This document shows, piece after piece, positions 56,534 through 64,000 of a stretch of DNA of 64,000 bases (position 1 is its first letter; every line of letters begins with the position of its first letter). The DNA comes from Phycisphaeraceae bacterium. Lineage in GTDB: Bacteria; Planctomycetota; Phycisphaerae; Phycisphaerales; Zrk34. Below the pieces are notes generated by a model. That model was not told the origin of the DNA, made no database searches, and saw only the letters and a list, made by a program, of their open reading frames with translations. The position numbers and the translations under genes were made by a program. The stretch covers positions 64,001-128,000 of the forward strand of contig JBBDRF010000021.1 in NCBI GenBank assembly GCA_040905565.1, written 5' to 3'.

Positions 56534-57825
56534 CTTCAGCGCGGGCGTTGATTCTCGCCGCCGGCAAAGGCACGCGGTTGCGGCCGCTGACCGACCGTGT
56601 GCCGAAGTGCCTTGTGCCGTTGGCGGGACGGCCGTTGCTCGAATACTGGCTGATGCGTCTTGCCGATTCGGGCGTGCGTGAGGCGACCATCAACACGCAC
56701 GCGCATGCGCTCAGTGTTGAGAATTACCTCACCGACCTGAACGGCCGCAGGGCGATGAAACTGCGAAGCTCGTTCGAGCCGGAGTTGCTCGGATCGGCCG
56801 GGACCATCAGCGCCAACGCACGCCTCGCCGACGGTGTTGAGCAGGTTGTCGTGATCTATGCGGACAATCTTTCGGACGTCGATCTGTCCGCAATGCTTGA
56901 TTATCACCGGCAGCATGATGATCCGGTCACGATGATGCTCTTCCGCACGACGACCCCGCACGCCTGCGGCATTGCCGAAATCGACGACCACGATCGTGTG
57001 GTGCAATTTGTTGAGAAGCCCGAGCGGCCGCCGAGCGATCTTGCGAACGCCGGGGTGTACATATTTGATACCGAGGCTTATCGAGAAGTGGCCGCGATGC
57101 GCGCGTTCGACATCGGCTTCGACGTGTTGCCTCGGTTCGTCGGGCGCATGCGGGGCTGGCAATGGGATGGTTACCACCGGGACATCGGCAACGCCGACGC
57201 GTATGAGCAGGCTCAGCAGGATGTGACGCATTTGAATCTACCGTGGAAGCCGGGCCAGCCACGCCCAGCTGTGTTCTTCGATCGTGACGGCACGCTGATT
57301 GAGCAGGTCGATCGGCTCAGTGATCCGGACCAGGTACGTCTCCTGCCGCATGCTGCGGAATTGCTCCGCCAGCTTCGCGCGGCCGGCTATGCCACCGTGA
57401 TCGTCTCAAATCAGTCGGCGGTGGGGCGAGGGCAGATCACCGCTGATCAGGTGCATGCGGTGAACGAACGGATGTGCGTTTTGCTGGCGGCGCATGGGGC
57501 AGTGGTCGATGCCTTGGACTACTGCCCAGCCGTGCCGCGGACTTCGGATCGTACGGTGGCTGAGTGTGTCGATCGCAAACCCGGGCCGGGCATGTTGCAT
57601 CGTGCCGCGGAGCAGCTTGATCTTGATCTCGCTGCGTCGTGGATGATTGGCGACATGATCAGCGACGCGCTCGCCGGTTACAATGCCGGTTGCCGGGGCA
57701 GTCTGTTGGTGGCGACGGGGAAGGGGATCACCGAGGCCGAGCAACACGCACTGCGAAAGACGACCGTTGTTCGTGACCTCTACGCAGCCGGGGAGCATGT
57801 GCTGCACGCCCAGCTTGCAACGTAA
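56530..57825 (+). CDS. Bifunctional nucleotidyltransferase (HddC-like) / heptose-1,7-bisphosphate phosphatase (GmhB-like HAD)
   Basis: N-terminal LAAGKGTRLRPLT...PKCL, EP.LLGSAG, F.EKP; C-terminal FFDRDGTL, VSNQS.VGRG, YCP, RKP.PGM, MIGD..SD. Confidence 0.88.
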   Translation: MTSARALILAAGKGTRLRPLTDRVPKCLVPLAGRPLLEYWLMRLADSGVREATINTHAHALSVENYLTDLNGRRAMKLRSSFEPELLGSAGTISANARLADGVEQVVVIYADNLSDVDLSAMLDYHRQHDDPVTMMLFRTTTPHACGIAEIDDHDRVVQFVEKPERPPSDLANAGVYIFDTEAYREVAAMRAFDIGFDVLPRFVGRMRGWQWDGYHRDIGNADAYEQAQQDVTHLNLPWKPGQPRPAVFFDRDGTLIEQVDRLSDPDQVRLLPHAAELLRQLRAAGYATVIVSNQSAVGRGQITADQVHAVNERMCVLLAAHGAVVDALDYCPAVPRTSDRTVAECVDRKPGPGMLHRAAEQLDLDLAASWMIGDMISDALAGYNAGCRGSLLVATGKGITEAEQHALRKTTVVRDLYAAGEHVLHAQLAT

Positions 57826-57851
57826 CACTAATGCTACAGGGGACGAATCGC

Positions 57852-58850
57852 ATGAAGATCTTGATGACCGGGGCGGCGGGCTACGTCGGTAGCGCGTGCT
57901 TGCGATGGATGATTCGCCAGGGGCACGAGCCCATCGCTTACGACAATCTGCTTGAAGGGAAGAAGGCGGCTGTGCCGGAGGGGCGGCTGGTCGTGGGCGA
58001 CATCCTTGATGTCGAGGCCCTGACGCAGGCGATGCGGGAGCATCAGATCGAAGCGGTCATGCACTTCGCCGCCCTCGCGTCGGTCCCCGATTCCATCGCG
58101 CAGCCGGAGCGCTATTGGCGTGTGAATGTGCTGGGTACGAAGAACGTGCTGGACGCGATGCAGGCGGCGGGGGTCGATCGCATCCTCTTCTCCAGCACGG
58201 CCGCAACGTACAGCTTCGATGTCGAGATGCCGATCACCGAAGACTCGCCGCAGATTCCGCAGACGCCGTACGGCACGACCAAGCTTTCAGCGGAATTCAT
58301 GATCAAGGACTACTGCCGCGCGAACAACTGGGGCTGTACGCTGCTGCGCTACTTCAACGCAGCTGGGGCCGATCCCGATGGACAGTTCGGCGAGGACCAC
58401 AGCAAAGAAACGCACCTGATTCCGCTGATCCTGCAGGCGGCAGTCGGCAAGCGCGACAAAGTGATGCTCTTCGGTGATCAGTGGGACACGCGCGACGGAA
58501 CCTGTGTGCGCGACTTCGTTCACACCGAAGATCTTGCCCAGGCGCATCAGCGTGCCATCGAGGCGCTCCAGCCGGGCGAAACGCGAATCTACAACATCGG
58601 CTCGGGCACCGGCACCACGGTGCTCGAGGTGCTGCGCACGTGTGAGGAAGTAGCAGGGCGAGCGATCCCCTACGAAGTCGCTCCGCCCCGGCCGGGCGAC
58701 CCCGCGGTGCTGGTCGCTTCGCCTCAGCGGTTGATCGATGAACTGGGATGGGAGCCGCATTACCCTGGCATTCGCGACATCGTCGAGACTGCCTGGCGCT
58801 GGCATAGTACCCACCCCGACGGCTATGCCACCACCTCTACCAGGGTGTAA
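57852..58850 (+). CDS. galE: UDP-glucose 4-epimerase
   Basis: TGAAGYVGS, HFAA...V.DS, FSSTAATY, PYGTTK, LRYFNAAGA, GEDH..ETHLIP, DGTCVRDFVH. Confidence 0.92.
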   Translation: MKILMTGAAGYVGSACLRWMIRQGHEPIAYDNLLEGKKAAVPEGRLVVGDILDVEALTQAMREHQIEAVMHFAALASVPDSIAQPERYWRVNVLGTKNVLDAMQAAGVDRILFSSTAATYSFDVEMPITEDSPQIPQTPYGTTKLSAEFMIKDYCRANNWGCTLLRYFNAAGADPDGQFGEDHSKETHLIPLILQAAVGKRDKVMLFGDQWDTRDGTCVRDFVHTEDLAQAHQRAIEALQPGETRIYNIGSGTGTTVLEVLRTCEEVAGRAIPYEVAPPRPGDPAVLVASPQRLIDELGWEPHYPGIRDIVETAWRWHSTHPDGYATTSTRV

Positions 58851-58938
58851 TTCCCCGCCGGCCCCGGGCGCAATACTCGGGTGATGATCCGGTAGTTCGC
58901 CGGGAACGGCAGCGAAGCGGCGGTCCGTAACATGGGCC

Positions 58939-60144
58939 ATGCTTACGTTGCTGGACGCGATATTGTGGGGAATCTTGTGGGGAAGCGCGATCATCCTGCT
59001 CATCCCCAGCACGGTTTTACTGGTCGAATGCTTCGCTTCGCTTTTGCCTGCAAGGCGGGAGAGCAAGCCAATCCAACGCGACGATGGACAACGGGGGCGC
59101 GTCGCGGTGCTGGTGCCTGCTCACGATGAAGCGAGTGGCATCGCAGCCACCGTCGATGCGATCGCCTCACAGTTGAGGGCGGGCGACCGCCTGCTCGTGA
59201 TTGCTGACAATTGCACCGACGCCACCGCAGCCGTCGCGCGTGAAGCAGGGGCCGACGTCACCGAACGCCATGACGTTCAGCAGGCGGGCAAAGGGTACGC
59301 CTTGGCGCACGGGGTGGCGCTGCTCGCGGAGAATCCGCCGGACGTCGTGGTCGTCGTGGATGCGGATATGGAACTCGCGGCCGGTTCGCTCGATGCCCTG
59401 GCGCTTCAGGTTCATCGCACCGGGCGGGCCGTTCAGTCGGTGAACCTGCTGGACACACCGATCAATCCTGGGCCGCGTGATCACGTGGCAAGTTTGGCTT
59501 TCGCCGTGAAAAATCTGGTTCGGCCGCGGGGCCTTCTAAGGCTGGGGCTGCCGTGCCATTTGATGGGAACCGGAATGGCCCTGCCCTGGGAAGCGGTCAG
59601 ACAGGCGAACCTGGCGACGGGGAATATCGTCGAGGACATGCAACTGGGCTTAGATCTCGCCGCCAGCGGCCATGCAGCAAGCCTCTGCGAAGGCGCTCGT
59701 GTGAGCGGTCGATTCCCCAGCCGTGAACGCGCCGCCCGGACGCAACACGCACGCTGGGAACAGGGCCATCTGCAGACGCTGTTCACACAGGTGCCGCGTC
59801 TGCTGCGGGCCGGCATACTTGGGCGACATCCCGAAGCACTGATCCTGGCGCTTGATCTCTGCGTGCCGCCGCTGTCGCTGCTGGTGATGGCGCTGCTGGC
59901 GGGCGCGACGCTGGCGAGTAGCTTGTCGCTGGCAGGTGTGGCGGCACCGGTCGGCCCAATGTTCGCCGCCAATGGCATGGTGCTGACAGCCGTGTTGATC
60001 GGCTCCGTCGGAGCCGGACGAGGACGTCAGACGTGGCGCGCCATTGTCGCCGTGCCGCTGTATCTGGCGTGGAAACTGCCGCTATACCTCGGCCTGCTCC
60101 TCCAGCCTCACCGCCGCTGGCAACGCACCGAACGCGAGGGGTGA
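58939..60144 (+). CDS. Membrane GT2 glycosyltransferase (cellulose-synthase-like subfamily)
   Basis: N-terminal TM; VPAHDE, ADNCTD.TA, GKG.AL, VDAD, GTGM, VED, Q..RW (QHARW). Confidence 0.9.
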   Translation: MLTLLDAILWGILWGSAIILLIPSTVLLVECFASLLPARRESKPIQRDDGQRGRVAVLVPAHDEASGIAATVDAIASQLRAGDRLLVIADNCTDATAAVAREAGADVTERHDVQQAGKGYALAHGVALLAENPPDVVVVVDADMELAAGSLDALALQVHRTGRAVQSVNLLDTPINPGPRDHVASLAFAVKNLVRPRGLLRLGLPCHLMGTGMALPWEAVRQANLATGNIVEDMQLGLDLAASGHAASLCEGARVSGRFPSRERAARTQHARWEQGHLQTLFTQVPRLLRAGILGRHPEALILALDLCVPPLSLLVMALLAGATLASSLSLAGVAAPVGPMFAANGMVLTAVLIGSVGAGRGRQTWRAIVAVPLYLAWKLPLYLGLLLQPHRRWQRTEREG

Positions 60145-60313
60145 CCGCGACATGCTCGGTCGCTGGGAATCATGTGGCACCTCGTTCGGGCCGATGACAG
60201 GTAGATCGTAGAAGCGAACGTTGGCCATCGGTCCGCGTTCTGGTCTAATGGCTGACTCGGGCCAGCAACAGGCGTCGTGCAGCAATTAGGACAGGGAAGG
60301 TGATTTCGTGTTC

Positions 60314-61156
60314 ATGGTCGATAAGCCGACGCTCGTTCCTTCTTCGGTAGACGCCGACGGCGAGGCATTGCCCGAGGTCAAGCTCAGTGTTCTGCAATTC
60401 ACCGCCGTCGATGAGGCCGCCTGCGTCGCTCACATTGTGCAGCGATCACAGGCTGGCGAGGGGGGTTGGGTGGTCACCCCGAACGTCGACATCCTGCGCA
60501 TGTGCACGACCGATCGCTCAGTCCGGGAGTTGGTGGGGCAGGCGACGCTGACGCTCGCGGACGGCATGCCGTTGATCTGGGCCAGTCGGCTACAGGGCAC
60601 GCCGTTGCCCGAGCGTGTCTGCGGCTCCAACCTCATCTTCAGCGTGAGCGCCGCAGCGGCGGACGCAGACCTTTCCGTGTTCATGCTCGGCGGAGGCAAG
60701 CCCGACACGGCCGACAAAGCGGCGAACGTGCTACGTGAGCGCTATCCAAGAATTCACATCGCCGGCACGTACTTCCCGCCCTTCGGATTCGAGCATGATC
60801 AGCAGCAAATCGCACAAATCGCCAAGGCAGTGCAAGACACTCAGCCGGACATCGTGTATGTTGCCTTGAGTGTGCCGAAGACCGAGAAGTTAATCGCGGC
60901 CATTCGGCATGTGCGGCCCAGCGCGTGGTGGATCGGGGTGGGCATCAGTTTCAGCTTTATCTGCGGTGAGGTGGAGAGGGCGCCTAAATGGATGCAGAAG
61001 TCCGGGTTAGAATGGGTCCATCGACTCATTCAGGAACCGCGCCGCTTGATCGGGCGGTACCTGTTACGCGACGTGCCCTTCGCTTTGCGACTCCTGGCGA
61101 CGTCGGCGTGGCGGCGAAAGCGCCGTCCGGTGGCGAGCGATGAGAAAGGCGGGTGA
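60314..61156 (+). CDS. WecB/TagA/CpsF-family (GT26) glycosyltransferase
   Basis: VTPNVD, ADGMP..WA, ERV.GS, PPFGFE, PDIVYVAL..PK.E, GVG.SF, RAP.WMQ..GLEW..RL.QEPRRL..RY. Confidence 0.92.
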   Translation: MVDKPTLVPSSVDADGEALPEVKLSVLQFTAVDEAACVAHIVQRSQAGEGGWVVTPNVDILRMCTTDRSVRELVGQATLTLADGMPLIWASRLQGTPLPERVCGSNLIFSVSAAAADADLSVFMLGGGKPDTADKAANVLRERYPRIHIAGTYFPPFGFEHDQQQIAQIAKAVQDTQPDIVYVALSVPKTEKLIAAIRHVRPSAWWIGVGISFSFICGEVERAPKWMQKSGLEWVHRLIQEPRRLIGRYLLRDVPFALRLLATSAWRRKRRPVASDEKGG

Positions 61157-61333
61157 TGGCATCAACCTTGCTGAACATCTATCGGGGCGGCTGCGCCGCA
61201 TGGCCACCGTGGCTGCAGGTGAACGCAAGATTCGCCGAAGTCGGGTCCGCAACCTGCCGAACTATACATTAACGCGCTGCGTAAGGTTACCGGTAGTGAA
61301 GTTAATGGCGGTTTTAGATAGAGGTCTTCAAAC

Positions 61334-62458
61334 ATGCTCGGAAAGACCGGGCGCGAACATACCACCACTGGACCCAACGGTCGTGAGGACCGCGGCAGTC
61401 GCAGTGGCTCAATCCCAACGCCGATCCCTCACAGAGGCATCGATCGGGGTGAGAACGTTTTGACAGAGCAGGTAAATTCAACGGTGGATGCAAAGGCGCA
61501 CGGAGAGACAGGCGACACGACTCGACCGCACCGCGCGGGCGCGCTGGACCGCTTGCGATCCGTGGTGCTGCTGGCGGGCGGCGTACGCGAAACCAAACTC
61601 TCCTCCATTCTCCCGAGTTCGCTGCTCGACCTGCCCCTGGAAAGCAACCTCACGGTCCTCGATCAGCTGATGCAGCAGACCGATGACCTCGCAACCCATC
61701 TCGGACGCGAATCGCTGGACGTACGGCTGTTGATCGGTCGCCTGAGCAAGGACTTCGCCGTATCGCCCGAAGCTTCCCGGTCGAACGTTTGCGTCGAACG
61801 TGACCCCTTCGATTACCGCGGCACCGGAGGCGTCCTTCGCGATATCGGAACAAAATACGAAGAAGACGACCTGGTGCTGGTCGGCAACGGCTCGCAGGTT
61901 TTCGTCGACCCACTGCGTGAACTGGCCGAGTCCCTCGCGGCTGACGGCGGCGACGTGGGCGTGGTCGCGCATCGTGACGGCACACCCAGCGGTCTGATGC
62001 TCGTTCGCTGCGGCTGCCTTAAGGCCATCCCCGCCAGCGGCTTCATCGACATGAAGGAACAGGCGCTGCCGTTGATCGCGCAGCATCATCGCGTGATGGT
62101 CACCATGCGCGACAGGCCGAGCACGCTGCCGATTCGCACGCTGACCGATTATCTCTACGCGTTACGCCTCCATCATCTTCGGGCGAAGGATCAGACCGCC
62201 CTCGATGATCCCTTCCGCGAGGATTTCGAGCCGACCTTCGGCGTGGTGCAGGAAGGGGCGGATGTCGACCCCTCCGCCCGTGTCCACGACTCGGTCGTCC
62301 TCCGCGGCGCCAAGGTCGCAGCAGGGGCAATCCTCGTTCGTTCACTCGTCTCCAGCGGTGCGACGGTCCGGCGCGATCAACGGATTGTCGATCGACTGGT
62401 GGGCTCGCCCGCCATGGCGCGAAGGCGACAGAAGAACGTGGAGGCCGCCGATGAGTGA
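61334..62458 (+). CDS. Degenerate sugar-phosphate nucleotidyltransferase-like protein with C-terminal left-handed beta-helix (start uncertain)
   Basis: VVLLAGG, RGTGGVLRD, hexapeptide-like ADVDPSARVHDSVVLRGAKVAAGAILVRSLV; overlaps the exosortase start. Confidence 0.7.
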   Translation: MLGKTGREHTTTGPNGREDRGSRSGSIPTPIPHRGIDRGENVLTEQVNSTVDAKAHGETGDTTRPHRAGALDRLRSVVLLAGGVRETKLSSILPSSLLDLPLESNLTVLDQLMQQTDDLATHLGRESLDVRLLIGRLSKDFAVSPEASRSNVCVERDPFDYRGTGGVLRDIGTKYEEDDLVLVGNGSQVFVDPLRELAESLAADGGDVGVVAHRDGTPSGLMLVRCGCLKAIPASGFIDMKEQALPLIAQHHRVMVTMRDRPSTLPIRTLTDYLYALRLHHLRAKDQTALDDPFREDFEPTFGVVQEGADVDPSARVHDSVVLRGAKVAAGAILVRSLVSSGATVRRDQRIVDRLVGSPAMARRRQKNVEAADE

Positions 62459-63413
62459 GACGCCCGAACTGGCGAGAAGCGGTCACGCAACGCAGTCATG
62501 GTCCACGCGATCGATGCCCAGTTTCCTCGTGCGCAACGGATGGACGCTGTGGCACCCGCTGATGGCGCTGCTGTTGATGACGCTGGGCGTGATGGTCACG
62601 TGGGAAGCGTGGGCCGATATCTTCCGGATCGCCAGCTACGACGAAGAGTCCAGCCAGATTTATCTCGTCTTCCCCATCTTCGCCTGGCTTGTCTGGGTCC
62701 GGCGCGAACGGCTGCGACACTGCATCCCGCGAGGCCAGTTCATCGGCGTGGCGATCATGCTCGTCGGCTGGATCCTCACGTCCTACGGCTACTACAACGC
62801 CATCCAATCGTTCTGGCACGGTGGGGCGGTGCTGGTCGTCGCAGGCGGTTTTCTGGCCGTCGCCGGTAAGGATGTGCTGCGACGCTTCCTTCCCGCGTTC
62901 GTCGTACTCGTCTTCCTCGTGCCGGTGCCCGGTCGGCTCCGACTGGCGATCGCCGAGCCTCTTCAGGGTTATCTCGCCGTCATCACGCAGGTTATCTTTG
63001 ACCTGCTCGGCGTGGAGGTTGAACGGGCCGGCCACACGCTGCAAATCAACGGCACGCAGGTCGCGATCGCCGAAGCCTGCAACGGCCTTCGGATGGTCTT
63101 CTCGCTGGTGCTGGTGTCCTACGGGTTCGCGTTTGGAACGCCGTTGCGGAACTACGTGCGTGCGATCATTGTTCTTGCGAGCCCGATGTCCGCGATTCTT
63201 ACGAACGTGGTCCGTATGATTCCAACGGTCTGGCTTTATGGATGGAGCGGAGAAACCGTCATGGGCATGCCCGGCGACGAGGTCGCCAACACGTTCCATG
63301 ACTGGGCGGCATGGCCGATGGTGATCGTCGCATTTCTGATCCTGATGGCCATCATCAAGGTTTTGCGGTGGGCGTTGATACCGGTGACACCTTATACACT
63401 CGCGCGAGGCTAG
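62451..63413 (+). CDS. Exosortase (EpsH/Xrt family)
   Basis: Multi-TM; IAEACNGLR (catalytic Cys), NVVR (Arg), FHD (His). Confidence 0.9.
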   Translation: MSETPELARSGHATQSWSTRSMPSFLVRNGWTLWHPLMALLLMTLGVMVTWEAWADIFRIASYDEESSQIYLVFPIFAWLVWVRRERLRHCIPRGQFIGVAIMLVGWILTSYGYYNAIQSFWHGGAVLVVAGGFLAVAGKDVLRRFLPAFVVLVFLVPVPGRLRLAIAEPLQGYLAVITQVIFDLLGVEVERAGHTLQINGTQVAIAEACNGLRMVFSLVLVSYGFAFGTPLRNYVRAIIVLASPMSAILTNVVRMIPTVWLYGWSGETVMGMPGDEVANTFHDWAAWPMVIVAFLILMAIIKVLRWALIPVTPYTLARG

Positions 63414-63433
63414 CCGGGGCAAAGGAATTTCTT

Positions 63434-64000
63434 ATGACGCGGAAAACGACATTGCGTCTCGCCGCTCCACTGGTGGCCCTGTTGATGCTCGGTGCGCAGG
63501 CCGCGGAGACCCTGCAGAGGCCCCGCGCCGTGGAGGCAGAGCCTTACCACAAGATGGTCCACGAGAAGCACACCGAACTGCCGGAGCAGATCGGGCGGTG
63601 GTCCGGGACGGATGGCGAGGTCGTTGAGGCAGCGGTGCAGTTGCTGAGGCCGAACTTCATCTACAACCGCCGATTCGTGAACGAATCCACCGGTCGCCAG
63701 GTCAGCGTTCTGCTGGTACATTGCAAGGACGCCCGCGATCTGGATGGCCATTACCCGCCGCGGTGTTACCCCAATCAAGGGTATGAAATCTCCCAGGCCA
63801 CCCCGCGCGACTGGGTGGTCGATGGGGTCGAAATTGAAGCGATGGAATATAATTTTTCATCGCGGATGTTTGGACACAAAAATCTGATTGTTCACAATTT
63901 TATCATCATGCCCGACGGCACGTTCGCGCGTGACATGAATACTGTGGAACAAGCGGCTGGAGATTTCACCCGCCGCTTTTATGGTGCCGGTCAAGTCCAG
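63434..64000 (+). CDS. epsI: Exosortase-associated EpsI-family protein (runs off the window end)
   Basis: Not in the ORF track. Manual translation from ATG 63434 gives MTRKTTLRLAAPLVALLMLGAQ...LPEQIGRWSGTD...LLRPN..YNRRF...GHYPPRCYPNQG, with the EpsI H.P..C...G pattern. Confidence 0.8.
   Translation, partial: MTRKTTLRLAAPLVALLMLGAQAAETLQRPRAVEAEPYHKMVHEKHTELPEQIGRWSGTDGEVVEAAVQLLRPNFIYNRRFVNESTGRQVSVLLVHCKDARDLDGHYPPRCYPNQGYEISQATPRDWVVDGVEIEAMEYNFSSRMFGHKNLIVHNFIIMPDGTFARDMNTVEQAAGDFTRRFYGAGQVQ

Noticed and set aside
61289..61300. CGGTAG as an ops/JUMPstart element (also near 58890)
   Set aside because: Only a partial match to GGCGGTAGnnTG, and no RfaH/NusG paralogue lies in the window.
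1..64000. CRISPR arrays, tRNA/rRNA, IS elements, prophage or defence genes
   Set aside because: No regularly spaced direct repeats, RNA-gene signatures or transposase/integrase/nuclease motifs were recognised by eye; small RNAs could have been missed.

Overview
High-GC bacterial window with about 50 protein-coding genes. I recognised no rRNA, tRNA, CRISPR array, integrase or transposase. H-X9-DG/DUF1559-style prepilin proteins, a secreted sulfatase and an exosortase suggest a planctomycete, probably Phycisphaerae (inference). Layout: (i) gdhA start, trpE, a pilin-domain fusion protein, DUF167 and mltA. (ii) An 11-gene, mostly translationally coupled lipid/polyketide cluster (6244-20447): GT2-DUF2062, ACP-FabZ fusion, LolA-like protein, LpxL-type acyltransferase, fused KS-CLF-like ketosynthase, Hyg5/XanB2-type chorismatase, flavin-dependent halogenase-like enzyme, AMP ligase, LolA/LolB-like lipoprotein, MMPL exporter and NodB-type deacetylase. 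It looks like a compact xanthomonadin/aryl-polyene-like pathway for a possibly halogenated, 3-hydroxybenzoate-primed envelope lipid and is the best candidate for an undescribed system. (iii) Housekeeping and carbohydrate genes (CE15 esterase, pgk, HtrA, gap, GH-like protein, sulfatase, radical SAM) plus a stand-alone pilin gene with a long structured leader. (iv) A hybrid kinase-GNAT-glycoside hydrolase unit; the hydrolase carries a TPR+Ig module visibly homologous to the stand-alone protein at 24817. (v) An exosortase-linked surface polysaccharide locus (47758-64000) with a complete GDP-heptose gene set, an embedded pilin and a degenerate nucleotidyltransferase coupled to the exosortase. All calls come from motif recognition by eye; no database searches were run.
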